From Polyangiaceae bacterium (GTDB taxonomy: Bacteria; Myxococcota_A; Polyangia; Polyangiales; Polyangiaceae): DNA of 64,000 nt. Where the stretch lies: contig JBILLK010000022.1 of assembly GCA_044376115.1 (NCBI GenBank), positions 64,001 through 128,000 of the forward strand, given 5' to 3'. Each line of letters begins with the position of its first letter. Position 1 is the first letter of the stretch. Made by a program: the position numbers and the translations under genes. Of the stretch, positions 19,137 to 28,998 are shown piece after piece. The notes under the pieces were generated by a model. That model saw nothing but the letters and a program-made list of their open reading frames with translations. It was not told the origin of the DNA and searched no databases.

Positions 19137-20333
19137 GTGAGCGACCGAACCGCCCTCTCTCTAGCTCTCTCTCTCTCGTTCGTGGCATGCAGCTCGAACT
19201 CGACCAACGACACTGGGGGCAATAGCGACGCAGGCGCCAACTCGGGCGCGGCGAACGCGGGGGGCTTCGGCGCAGGCGCGAACGGCGGCGCAGGCGCGAA
19301 CGGCGGCGCAGGTGCGAACGGCGGCGCAGAGGTCGGCGGCGCAGAGGTCGGCGGCGCAGAGGTCGGCGGCGCAGGCGGTGCACCGAGCGGAACGGGTGGC
19401 GCCGGCGGAGATCCTGCGGGCACGGGCGGAGGCCCGGCAGGCACTGGCGGAGCCTCCTGCGTCGAGGCGATCTGCGACGTCACCGTCGTGAACATCGGGC
19501 GGCACAGCGCGACGATCACATTCGAGACCCCCACTCCCACGACCGCGCTGGTCGACTACGATCTCGACACCTGGGTGAAGAGCCGGGCCGACGCAAACCT
19601 GTCGACCACCCACACGATCGTGATCGACGCGATGATGGCTGGCGACAGCCACGACTATCGCGTGACGGTGACCGACGCTGCGGCCCAAGAGGACGTGGAC
19701 GTCGTTCGTTCGTTCTCTACCGTGGGCTACTCGCCTGGCGCACTACCCAACGGCTGGTCGAGCCTGGACCTGGGCGACGTCAGCACGCTGCTGCCGGGCT
19801 CAGCGGTCTTCGACACCACCGTCGCGGGAGGGAGCTTCGCCGTTCGAGGGACGGGCACCAACGTCTACTTCGACGCCGACAGCTTCCATTTCGTTCATCA
19901 CCCCGTCGCTGGAGACTTCACCTTCTCCCTGCGCGTCGACGGCTACTACGGCTACCTCCATACGTGGACGAAGGCGATGACGATGTTCCGCTCGACGTTG
20001 ACCGCGGACTCGACGATGTTCAACCAATCGATCAACCACGCGGGGAACGACTACCTCTACTTCCGAAATGCACCAGGCGCTCAACACGTCGACATCTTCG
20101 ATACGCAGCTCAACCCCGGCGGGATCAACCCCGTCTGGGCGCGCCTCCAGCGCGTGGGCAACACCTTCACCGAGTCCTATTCGACCGACGGCGTGAACTG
20201 GGTGGTCAACGGCCCCGCCAACGGCACCACCGTCGCCCTAGCAACGAACGGCTACGTCGGCTTCGGCGTCTGCAGCAAGAGCAACGACTACCTCTCCGAG
20301 ATCGTCTACAGCCAGGTGACGCTCGTCGACTGA
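19137..20333 (+). CDS. Lipoprotein with FN3-like and ConA/DUF1349-like beta-sandwich domains
   Basis: GGAGG RBS, FVAC lipobox, Gly-rich linker, SATITFET..T.LVDY, DSFHFVHHPVAGDF, RLQRVGNTFT..YSTDG.NW. Confidence 0.8.
   Translation: MSDRTALSLALSLSFVACSSNSTNDTGGNSDAGANSGAANAGGFGAGANGGAGANGGAGANGGAEVGGAEVGGAEVGGAGGAPSGTGGAGGDPAGTGGGPAGTGGASCVEAICDVTVVNIGRHSATITFETPTPTTALVDYDLDTWVKSRADANLSTTHTIVIDAMMAGDSHDYRVTVTDAAAQEDVDVVRSFSTVGYSPGALPNGWSSLDLGDVSTLLPGSAVFDTTVAGGSFAVRGTGTNVYFDADSFHFVHHPVAGDFTFSLRVDGYYGYLHTWTKAMTMFRSTLTADSTMFNQSINHAGNDYLYFRNAPGAQHVDIFDTQLNPGGINPVWARLQRVGNTFTESYSTDGVNWVVNGPANGTTVALATNGYVGFGVCSKSNDYLSEIVYSQVTLVD
19250..19375 (+). repeat. Coding tandem repeats (18-nt ANGGAG units and 15-nt GGAEV units)
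   Basis: GCGAACGGCGGCGCAGG x3 and GGCGGCGCAGAGGTC x3 in the linker. Confidence 0.85.
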
Positions 20334-20917
20334 CCGATCTCGAGCAAAAGAACCGCCCCGAGTGCATCTCGACATTGCTACCGAGGCGACGGACTTTTTC
20401 GCGATGGCATAGGGCTTTCGAGGCGGGCGAGCGCTCGGCGGCATAGGCGCGCCGCGGACTCGGTCAGGGGGCCAACGTTGCGAACGAGAGCCCATTCGGG
20501 CTCGCCCACAGCGCCCCGAGCGCTGTTTCGCTACCCGCCATCGCGTAGGAATGAGAGCTCGTCGCATCTCCAAGGACTTGGGTCGAGATCACCTCGCCCT
20601 CTTCGAGGATCGACAATTCAAGCGCAGCGATAGGAGCCGCCCTGTCGCTCCTCGCGAGGATGCCGACCACGTCCTCCCCAGTCGCGGCCAGGACGGGCAC
20701 GTCGGCGCCCGCGACGCCGGCTGATAACACGGGAAGTTCCAAGCCGATTCCCATTCAACACGATGGGCTCCTGCAGCAAGCCGCTCCGCTACCAGTGCAT
20801 AGGCATCGGCCACTGCGACCCAAAAAGGCTATCGCGGCGTCAGCGCGCCAACGTCGGATAGGCCGAACAGCGCTTGTTCACTCAAAATCGTAGACAAGCA
20901 CGAATCACCACCATGTC

Positions 20918-21451
20918 ATGACGGCGGTGATCTCCATTCGTCAAGGTCTGCCGACCGAGCTCTCGGTTCTCACGTCCATCGACGACGACTCCTGCCAACT
21001 GTACGCGGCGTCCGGGGTCGTCCTCGCGCTGGACGCAGCTCATCCCTTCGCCGTCGCCGAGCAATCGCGCTGGTCGGCCGCCCTCGCGCGTCGCTCGACG
21101 TTCATCGCGGAGGACGCTGCCGGTCGGGCGCTTGGGTTCGCGTGTTGCGGGTTCGTCGACGGCGAACCCTACCTCGACCAGCTTTCGGTGCGGCTCGAGC
21201 GGATGAAGCAAGGGCTCGGGACGCTGCTGCTCCGCGAAGCGGTCGCATGGGCCGAAGGTGAAGGTGGGCGCGCCCTCTGGCTCACGACGTACGGTCACCT
21301 CCCCTTCAACCGCGCCATGTACGAGCGACGCGGGTTCTCCCTGGCCGCTGAGCGGGATTGCCCGCGTGAGGTGCTTCATCATCTCGATCAACAACGGCGC
21401 TGGCTCCCCTTCCCCGAGCAGCGCGTCGCCATGCGCCGACCGCTCGCGTAG
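20918..21451 (+). CDS. GNAT N-acetyltransferase
   Basis: YLDQLSV....KQGLGTLLL, LWLTTYGHLPFNRAMYERRGF. Confidence 0.9.
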   Translation: MTAVISIRQGLPTELSVLTSIDDDSCQLYAASGVVLALDAAHPFAVAEQSRWSAALARRSTFIAEDAAGRALGFACCGFVDGEPYLDQLSVRLERMKQGLGTLLLREAVAWAEGEGGRALWLTTYGHLPFNRAMYERRGFSLAAERDCPREVLHHLDQQRRWLPFPEQRVAMRRPLA

Positions 21452-21579
21452 TGCGGCGTCCCACTCTGCGCTTGTCCGCAAGTTGCCTCGCCCAACTGCG
21501 TGGGTCCGAAATAGGCGCGCCCGTTACGTCGAAGACCCGATGCGGGCGGGCATCTTCCGCATGGTAGCGTGATGGGTCC

Positions 21580-22758
21580 ATGAACGATGCACAATGGGCC
21601 TCACTGGCGCGGGAGCTCGGCGTCCAAGCGTACGAGTCCAGCCTTCTCTCGGGAGGTGACGATCGCCATCGCAGCTTCGCGATGCGGCTCAGGGCTCGTC
21701 GTGGACCTGCCATTGGGAACATCGGGACAAGCCACGTGCTCTTGGGGTCGTGGAACGGGACGCGGTATCTTCTTACGCACCAGGGACGAGAAGGGACTCC
21801 ACAGATCGGGGTCACGGTGGAGCTCGAGCCATCGCTCGGACTCTGTGCGTTCATTGGGACGCCGGCGTGGGTCCGCGGGCTCGGAAAGACGAAGCTCGTG
21901 CATCTTGGTGATCCGAGTCTCGATAGCGAGCTATGCCTCGAGGCGGCGGAGCCGGACCGCCTCGTCGAGTTGCTCCGTCCTCAATCCGAGGCGGACCTCA
22001 CCCTTCTTCGCGCGATCATCAGCGAACGTTTCATCGTCACGGACACGACGATCGTGGACACGATGAGCGCGGCTGTCGCGGTAGAGGGCGGGGTCCCCTT
22101 CCTCGACGACCGCGCGCCTCGCCCCGTGACGGCGAGCGAGATCACGATGAAGCTCGAGCGCATGATGTGGGTCGGCCGCGAGCTGGCGTTGCGACGGAGT
22201 CGCGTACGCGTGACGGCGGAGGCTCAGCAAACTCGTGAGGCTTGGACTGAGGTAGCGCGTGCCCGCGCGCTCACCTTCCACCCGGACGCAATGACGATTC
22301 GAGGCGAATCAGCTGCGGCTCGAGTTTCGATGGGCATCGAGACCCGGTTGGCGGCGCTCGCGGTGGAGGAGAGCTTCGCGCCATTCTCTACCTACCTATC
22401 AGCCTCGTTCACGAAGCCGGTCGGTCTCAATCTCCGGGTCGAGAAGGCCGGCGTCTTCAACCGACTCGCAGAGGTCTTCGGAACGGACATCGTCGTCGGC
22501 GACAAGACCTTCGATCGAGCCTTCAGCGTGAGCGGCTCAAACGAAGCGAACGTGCGCGAACGGCTGCGCCCCGCGGCCTCCGCGCTCGTGGAAGCGCACG
22601 CGCATGCCGCGGAGCTGACGCTGGACGACGGAGGCATCTTCATGCTGATTCCGGAGGTAGCGAAGACGCCGGGTCAGGTGAGCTCCGCGCTCGATCTGCT
22701 CACGGCAATCGTCGACGGCCTGCGAATCATTCCCGTGCAATCACCGTATCGTTCGTAG
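21580..22758 (+). CDS. Hypothetical protein with two related halves
   Basis: W..LARELG / W..VARARAL and LGDPSLDSEL / VGDKTFDRAF suggest an internal duplication. Confidence 0.7.
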   Translation: MNDAQWASLARELGVQAYESSLLSGGDDRHRSFAMRLRARRGPAIGNIGTSHVLLGSWNGTRYLLTHQGREGTPQIGVTVELEPSLGLCAFIGTPAWVRGLGKTKLVHLGDPSLDSELCLEAAEPDRLVELLRPQSEADLTLLRAIISERFIVTDTTIVDTMSAAVAVEGGVPFLDDRAPRPVTASEITMKLERMMWVGRELALRRSRVRVTAEAQQTREAWTEVARARALTFHPDAMTIRGESAAARVSMGIETRLAALAVEESFAPFSTYLSASFTKPVGLNLRVEKAGVFNRLAEVFGTDIVVGDKTFDRAFSVSGSNEANVRERLRPAASALVEAHAHAAELTLDDGGIFMLIPEVAKTPGQVSSALDLLTAIVDGLRIIPVQSPYRS

Positions 22759-22916
22759 CGACACGCGAAACGACGCTCGTTGTCGACACAGCGTTCACCG
22801 TTCGCGCAGTCGTCGTCCGTCTGGCACCCCGTGATGTCGTCCGCGGGATCGTTGGGGTCGCACCGTCGTCGCCATCGATGAGCAGTCTTCGACACGCTCG
22901 CAGAACTTCGGCGGAT

Positions 22917-23723
22917 TTAGTCGACGTAGCCCTTGTCGCCCGCGCCGCACCCCGGCCACTGAGCGCAGAGCTCCTGGGAGCCCTGGCAGTTCGTGCTGAT
23001 CGCATAGGTCGTGTACCACTCCTCCCGGGTGACGGGCTTGAAGACGATCCAGCTCTCCTCGGTCTGAGCTTGCGACTCGCTCTCCCAGAAGGGGAAGCGC
23101 TTGCACGAGCCGTTGTCGCCGTTCGCTCCGCCCCAGTAAGCGTTGACTGCCAACCAGAGCCGGTCCTCGACGAATTTGTAGCGGCCCCACTGCACCGCAG
23201 GCCGGTCATTCCAGTTGGTCCAATCGGGGTGCGCGCACGAATACCCGGCAGCGGTACCGTCGGGGTCGGCGGGGGCGGAATAGGTCACCAGATCACCAGC
23301 AAGCGAATAGGTGCACTCCGTGTGGAAGTCGGAGCCCGTGGTCTCGTTCCAGATGTAATGGCACTTGTCGTTTCCGGTGCCGAACGCGATCTTCATCTGA
23401 CCCGCGTCGAGCGGCGCCGGGGGCTGAACCTCGGTGCCAATCACCCGCTGCTCCCATACCCAATAGCCTTGAAGAGAATCGAGCCCGGGCTCGCCACCTC
23501 CAGTGCTGGCTCCACCTGTTGGGCCCGTCGAGGTCGTAGCAGGAGCCCCCCCAGTGCCGACCGAAGTCGACGGACCTGCCCCTGGTTCCCCGCCGACACC
23601 GCTGCCTGTCGACTCCTCGCCCCCAGCTCCACCCGTGCTGCCAGTTGCGTCCTCCGGATCGCAGCCGGTGAGGCTCATCGCAAGCGTGAAGACCGTGAAT
23701 GAGATGAACTGGGAACCGGACAT
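22917..23723 (-). CDS. Lipoprotein, hypothetical
   Basis: LTGC lipobox, Gly/Thr linker, Trp/Cys-rich domain. Confidence 0.8.
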   Translation of the reverse strand: MSGSQFISFTVFTLAMSLTGCDPEDATGSTGGAGGEESTGSGVGGEPGAGPSTSVGTGGAPATTSTGPTGGASTGGGEPGLDSLQGYWVWEQRVIGTEVQPPAPLDAGQMKIAFGTGNDKCHYIWNETTGSDFHTECTYSLAGDLVTYSAPADPDGTAAGYSCAHPDWTNWNDRPAVQWGRYKFVEDRLWLAVNAYWGGANGDNGSCKRFPFWESESQAQTEESWIVFKPVTREEWYTTYAISTNCQGSQELCAQWPGCGAGDKGYVD

Positions 23724-23906
23724 ATCGACCTCGCTTTCGCACGCACGCGGTTCATGAACGAACGGCGTTTCAAGCTGCGTTGCTTCGCAAACCGTGTGCC
23801 ATCTACCGATCTAAGGATCGCGGGCGTTATGTCGGGTGGGAAGGCTGCGACCACTGACCGAGTCGGTGTTCCCCTGGACACGGATCGGACCAGGGCGTAG
23901 TCGCTC

Positions 23907-24317
23907 TCAGCCGAAGATCGACATGTTGTTCTTCAGCATCAGCGTCTGAATGTAGGGGCTGAGATGGGACTCCGGGATCTGGAAGTACTGCGCCATCTGA
24001 ATCAGCCGCTGCTGCTCCTCGGGCGCGAGGTGACCGTCACCCATGGCGAGATCGGCGCAGTTGATGATCACACAGAGCTTCTGCTGGGGCGCAAGGAGCC
24101 GCGTGGCCTGATCCAAGAACTGCTGGAACGGGTTCCGCTTGCAGAACTGGAGCGCCTGCTCGAGCGTGTTGCGGTCGGGGACGACGCGGAGAATGTCCCC
24201 GGCTTCATTGTCGTCGAGGCTGCCGTCCGCAGAGCTCGTGTAGATCATGGCGGCGACCAGCGCGACCTTGGGGGTGAGTTGGATTTGGGTGCCACCGAAG
24301 CTGTCGAACAAGCCCAT
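23907..24317 (-). CDS. TerB-family protein
   Basis: GGAGG RBS; SADGSLDDNE and DLAMGDGHLAPEEQ are TerB metal-binding motifs. Confidence 0.85.
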   Translation of the reverse strand: MGLFDSFGGTQIQLTPKVALVAAMIYTSSADGSLDDNEAGDILRVVPDRNTLEQALQFCKRNPFQQFLDQATRLLAPQQKLCVIINCADLAMGDGHLAPEEQQRLIQMAQYFQIPESHLSPYIQTLMLKNNMSIFG

Positions 24318-24433
24318 CACGTGCCTCCTTGGGTTTCAGGCTTTGGCTCTCATCGCCCGGGCCGCGCGTCAACGCGGCCGTGCCCACAAAGTCGGTGTGG
24401 ACAAGAGCCCTTCGCGAGGTCGAAACTTTCGAG

Positions 24434-25564
24434 ATGACAGTGCCCCAGCAAAGCGACGCGATCGGCCTGCGAACCAGCCAGATTGTCTTGATCGAAGACG
24501 CCAAGGGGATCGGAACGGGCATCGAGGTGAGCTCGGACGGGTGGATCCTCACGAACAAACACGTTGCCGCGAGTCTCGGACCGTTCCGGGTTTTGCTCGC
24601 GAACGGACAAGACGTGCGCGGCGTCGGCGTTCACCAAAGCCCCCATCATGATTTGGCGATCGTAAAGATCGGACTCGAACGCTCGAGCTTCCTCGATCTC
24701 GAGCGCGACGTCCGTGAAGACTGCACCGTCGGAACCGAGGTGTTCGCTCTCGGACATCCTCGCGGCTGCAGGTTCTCGGTGTCGAAGGGCATCATCTCGA
24801 ACCCCCACCGCGAGTTCGACAAGGAGCACTACATCCAGTCCGACGTGGCGATCAACCCTGGAAACTCCGGCGGACCGCTGGTCGATCGCGAAGGTCGGCT
24901 GGTTGGGGTGGTGACGATGATGCTCACGTTCTCACAGGGACTTGGCTTCGCTGTGCCAGCGCACACCGCAGCCGACTACGTGCGTCACGTGAGGCGGCTG
25001 ATCCGGAACAACGTCGTACGCATTCCGACGGAGCTTCTGTTGCAGCCCATGGACGAGCGCTCGGCTCCCGACCGCATCGTGCGTTCAGCCGTGGATGCGG
25101 TGGTGCTCGCCGGGCGGGCATCGATCGAGTCGGACGACCACCAAGGAGAGTACGAGCTGCGCCGTCAACGAGCGCGGATCCTCATCACCGCGAAGGACGG
25201 CACGCTCTTCGTCCGCGCCTTCGTCGCCGCGTTAGGGCCGCACGAGCGCAAGAACCCAACGTTCCTGCTCAAGCTATTGGAATTGAACGCCACGCGGGAT
25301 CTTGGCTCCGCCTGCTTCGCGATCGACGAGGAGGGGCTCCACGTCGGCGTTCGTCGGTCGTGGTCCGACCTCAATCTCGCCGAGGCGGTCGGCATCATCG
25401 ACAACGTGATCGCGCTCGCCGAGCAAGCGCCCGGCAAGGTCGCCGCTCTATCGATCGGCGCGAGCCCAGCCGCCCCCGCGCCCTTGCCTCCGCTGCCCAC
25501 GCCAGACCCAGCGGACCCCGGCTACCCAATCATCTCACTGCCCACCAGCACCGACTGGAAGTGA
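24434..25564 (+). CDS. Trypsin-like serine protease with C-terminal YbjN/T3SS-chaperone-like domain
   Basis: LTNKHV, DLAIVK, GNSGGPL triad; no PDZ; C-terminal LLELNA...ACFAID. Confidence 0.85.
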   Translation: MTVPQQSDAIGLRTSQIVLIEDAKGIGTGIEVSSDGWILTNKHVAASLGPFRVLLANGQDVRGVGVHQSPHHDLAIVKIGLERSSFLDLERDVREDCTVGTEVFALGHPRGCRFSVSKGIISNPHREFDKEHYIQSDVAINPGNSGGPLVDREGRLVGVVTMMLTFSQGLGFAVPAHTAADYVRHVRRLIRNNVVRIPTELLLQPMDERSAPDRIVRSAVDAVVLAGRASIESDDHQGEYELRRQRARILITAKDGTLFVRAFVAALGPHERKNPTFLLKLLELNATRDLGSACFAIDEEGLHVGVRRSWSDLNLAEAVGIIDNVIALAEQAPGKVAALSIGASPAAPAPLPPLPTPDPADPGYPIISLPTSTDWK

Positions 25565-25592
25565 ACGTTCGCTTGCCGATTGGAAGTGGCGG

Positions 25593-26378
25593 CTAGGGCT
25601 CGTTCTTCGCCGGCTCTTCAGCTGGTTCGAGGTCTGCGGCGGCGACATCGGTCGGGGCGATCTCGGTGTTCACGACCTCGCGGACCACATCCTCCAGCGC
25701 GCCAACGCTGCGCGGGGTTGAGCCCATGCCCTTCGCTAGGCTCTCACCCTCGGCGGACGCCTTGCGCGGATCGTCGTCGGCGAGCGGCGCGCGCTCGAGG
25801 AGCTCCCCGATCACGGTGTCCTCGAGCTTGCCCTCGATCGACGCGCTGAGGTGCGCTCGCAAGCGACCACGATCATTGCGGGCGTCGAGATCTGCCTCGA
25901 GACGCTCTGTGGCGGCTGCGAGCGGATCGTCCACGGGTGCGACGCGCGGATTGCCTTTGCCGAAGGCGTTGGCGGCTTCGGTAAAGGCCCAGCCCACGGC
26001 CTTGTTCAGACGAGGATCGTCTGCGGACACACGGGGCACCCACGACCCCGACAAGCCAACGGCCTCCTCATAGGAACCTGCTGCGGGAACCGCGATTGCG
26101 TCGAGCACGAATAGCCCACGCTCGTCGACATGCCGGTCCAACTCTTCGCCCAGCAGCTCCCGCAGGTGCAGCGCGAGCTCGTCGGCGCTGTCGAACATCG
26201 CGAACGGCACGACAATCGCCGCGTCAGAGAGAGCGCCGATGAAAAACAGCGCGCCTCCCTTGGAGCGAACGGCCGACCAATCACCCTCGAGCGGCGCAGT
26301 CGCGTCAGTGACCGGCTCGAAGCGCTGTGCCAGCTCTACGGGTGAGACCTTGAGTAGTGTGACTTTCCCAAACCCCAT
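25593..26378 (-). CDS. Hypothetical protein
   Basis: 261 aa ORF with acidic globular composition filling the gap. Confidence 0.65.
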   Translation of the reverse strand: MGFGKVTLLKVSPVELAQRFEPVTDATAPLEGDWSAVRSKGGALFFIGALSDAAIVVPFAMFDSADELALHLRELLGEELDRHVDERGLFVLDAIAVPAAGSYEEAVGLSGSWVPRVSADDPRLNKAVGWAFTEAANAFGKGNPRVAPVDDPLAAATERLEADLDARNDRGRLRAHLSASIEGKLEDTVIGELLERAPLADDDPRKASAEGESLAKGMGSTPRSVGALEDVVREVVNTEIAPTDVAAADLEPAEEPAKNEP

Positions 26379-26463
26379 CTTCGTCGGCTAGCAGAGTTTG
26401 GCAGCGGGTGCACGCGTGACCCGCAGTAGGAGCCGGCAGCCGCTGGCCCGACGGCGCGTGACG

Positions 26464-27525
26464 CTACTCGGCGATCTCGGCAGAGCTCAGACCACCGGAG
26501 CCCCCAACGATCAGGACTCGGCCGTCTTGCAGCAAGGTCGCGCTCGGGAGGCTGCGCGGCTCGACCATCGGCGGCAACGTCACCCAAACATTGGCGGCGG
26601 CATCGAACAGCATGAGCTCGTCGAGGACGTCGCCGGTCACCTGATTGAAGCCGCCGACCACCAGCGCGTTACCGGATTGCAAGGTCGTCGCGGCAGTGCC
26701 CGTTCGCGGTGCGCCGATCTCCGGGCCTTCGGTCCAGGCGTTGATAGACGCGTCGTAGAGCTCGGTCACGCCGATCGGTCCCACGTTGGCGATCTTGCCG
26801 GCGGCAGCGAGCACGCGCCCATCCCCGAGCGATACCACCGTCGGCCGCAGCCGCGCGTTGTCCAACGGCGCGACCACGTTGAACGCCTCCGCAGCTGAAT
26901 CATAAAGTTCGACGCGCGAAAGACTGGCGGTGTCGGAGGCGCCGCCTACGAGCAAGGGCAGACCGTCCACTTGCACAGCGCCGAACAGGATGCGCGGGCC
27001 AGCGAGGTCCGGGTGCGCGACCCAGGTCTGCGAGGCGACGTCGAAGCGCTCGACCGTCTTCAGCCCTTTTCCGTATTGGCAGTCGGGGTCCCCGTTCGGA
27101 GGCGGAACGATCGGATCGCTTTCCTTGCGCGGCACCAACTCCTGAACCGTCGCGCTTCCTTGCGTGGGGAATAGAGGGAAGAGATTGCTCTTGGGGCCGT
27201 TGCACGGCCCGCACGCGTACAGGTAGTTCGACCAGGCGAACGCGACGTCCGGGTACCAGTCTTTGGTCCGAAAATGCTCGATCTCGTCGGCGACGGAGTC
27301 TTCGGAATAGTTGCATCGGCGAGCGCCCCAGCACGCCTCCGTCAGTAACTTCTTGATCTCTTCGAAGGCTTCCCGCTTTGCGATGCTGCTCGTCTTGCTG
27401 GCCCACGCCTTTTTCGCCTCGGGTACGCGGTCTTTGAATGGCCCCTCGCTGACGCCATCTTGCAGCGTCTTCAGCACGGCAAGCGTCGCGGTGGATGGGT
27501 CGGCGACTACGCGTATCGAACGCAT
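26464..27525 (-). CDS. HNH endonuclease (PtuB-like N-half) fused to Kelch repeats
   Basis: RCNYSE...EIEHFRTK..YP...FAWSNYLYACGPCN, then ~4.5 Kelch repeats (GG...ELYD...W...P..R); ATG 2 nt after the ATPase stop. Confidence 0.75.
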   Translation of the reverse strand: MRSIRVVADPSTATLAVLKTLQDGVSEGPFKDRVPEAKKAWASKTSSIAKREAFEEIKKLLTEACWGARRCNYSEDSVADEIEHFRTKDWYPDVAFAWSNYLYACGPCNGPKSNLFPLFPTQGSATVQELVPRKESDPIVPPPNGDPDCQYGKGLKTVERFDVASQTWVAHPDLAGPRILFGAVQVDGLPLLVGGASDTASLSRVELYDSAAEAFNVVAPLDNARLRPTVVSLGDGRVLAAAGKIANVGPIGVTELYDASINAWTEGPEIGAPRTGTAATTLQSGNALVVGGFNQVTGDVLDELMLFDAAANVWVTLPPMVEPRSLPSATLLQDGRVLIVGGSGGLSSAEIAE

Positions 27526-27526
27526 G

Positions 27527-28876
27527 TCAGGCCCCACCCCCAGGCGCGAGCTTCTCGACAAGCGCTTCGAGCGTGTCTGTGGGAAACGCTGCTGCCGCGG
27601 TCGGTAACACGGCGCGCAGTTGGTCGCGCTCGGACTTGTCGTCGTCGCTGAGCGGTCCGCTGAAGAGCTCGCGGGAGTTGAGCTCAGCCAGCCGCGCTCC
27701 CTTGCGCTTTCCGTCGTCCGATTGGCCAACGCCAACGCCAAATACGTTCGTCCCGTATGCGTCGAGCACATTGCCGAGGCGCAGACGCGACGTCTCCTGC
27801 TCGTCGAGGAAGCGTCCAACGCCGTCGGTCCCGGGCTCAGGCAAGAGGAAGATGCGTCCCTTCGCGCTGCATTGACACACGAGCGGGCTGTGAGTCGTAA
27901 CGATGAACTGCGTTCGTGGAAACGCGCGGACGAGGAAGGCACCGATCCGGCGCTGCCAAGTCGGGTGCAGGTGCGCGTCGACCTCGTCGACAAGCGCCAC
28001 GAAGGGAATCTCGATGCGTTCGGCCCCAGCCTTGAAGACCCGCTCCTCACCGAAGGCGAGGACGAGCTGTCGCACGAGATCGAGGACGAGGCTGAGGGCT
28101 GAACGAAAGCCGTCCGACAGCTCCTCAATGGGCACGCTGCTGCGTGCTGCATCAACGAAGAAGACACGCTTGCTGGTTGGTGAAACCTCCACGCGATCAA
28201 GCTTGACGCCGTGAGGCAGGAAGTCGGGCTGGTTGATGAAGCGCTTCACTGCATCGAACGTCGGCGCCTTACTGATCTCCCGAGCCACCCAGAGGTCGAC
28301 GAGCCATGTAAGCGCATCGGTAAGCGCGAACTGCTCGTCGAACAGCGACATGGTCCGCGCGAGCGACGGCTTCGGCGGGGTGGTGACCATCGTGCCTCCG
28401 GAGAAGCGCCGATACGGACCAAAGCCACAGCACACCCATCCGGCCGAGTCCGGAGCCCACACGGAGCGTTCGACCGAGCGCCCGCCGTCCTCATCAGGCT
28501 CTACCGTGATTTGAGGCTCGCTCGTGGAGCCGTTGAGGTGCAACTCGCTGCTGCGAGCCACCCGAACGACGGCGGCGAGTTCACGCGGCGGGGCGCCCGC
28601 GCGGCTGAAGTAATCGACGTCCTCGTGGCGAGAAAAGCGCACCCCCACGGTCCCCTCCTGCGCCTCGCGCCGCAGCCAGTCATCACCCGACTGGCGCAGG
28701 CCATAGATATTCTGAGGTCCGACCAGTGCAAGCGCGATACTGCGAAGGAACGTCGTCTTTCCAGCGCCGTTGTTACCCAACACGATGTGAAAGCCCGCGG
28801 CGTCTGCTGGATCGACGGTCCACACGAGCTTCTCGACGGAGCGCAGGTTTTCGATGTCTACGGAGAGAACGTGCAC
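27527..28876 (-). CDS. ABC/AAA_21-type ATPase (PtuA-like)
   Basis: GNNGAGKT Walker A, LSDGFRS signature, LVDEVDAHLHPTWQ, FIVTTHSP. Confidence 0.9.
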   Translation of the reverse strand: MHVLSVDIENLRSVEKLVWTVDPADAAGFHIVLGNNGAGKTTFLRSIALALVGPQNIYGLRQSGDDWLRREAQEGTVGVRFSRHEDVDYFSRAGAPPRELAAVVRVARSSELHLNGSTSEPQITVEPDEDGGRSVERSVWAPDSAGWVCCGFGPYRRFSGGTMVTTPPKPSLARTMSLFDEQFALTDALTWLVDLWVAREISKAPTFDAVKRFINQPDFLPHGVKLDRVEVSPTSKRVFFVDAARSSVPIEELSDGFRSALSLVLDLVRQLVLAFGEERVFKAGAERIEIPFVALVDEVDAHLHPTWQRRIGAFLVRAFPRTQFIVTTHSPLVCQCSAKGRIFLLPEPGTDGVGRFLDEQETSRLRLGNVLDAYGTNVFGVGVGQSDDGKRKGARLAELNSRELFSGPLSDDDKSERDQLRAVLPTAAAAFPTDTLEALVEKLAPGGGA

Positions 28877-28998
28877 GCGCCCACAGTATCAGCGAAGGTC
28901 GAGACGCGCATTCGGGTCGCGGAGGGCTACGCCTGTAGCGGGTCGCGCTCCGTCCTCCGCGAGCCCGGACTCGCTCCGGGCTCGCGCTCATCGCCTTC

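Noticed and set aside
20464..20754. Short minus-strand ORF
   Set aside because: Looks like a C-terminal remnant; no recognisable family or convincing start
22727..22895. Cys-rich fragment CDPNDPADD..CQTDDDC
   Set aside because: No signal peptide or reliable start; probably a remnant of a larger secreted protein
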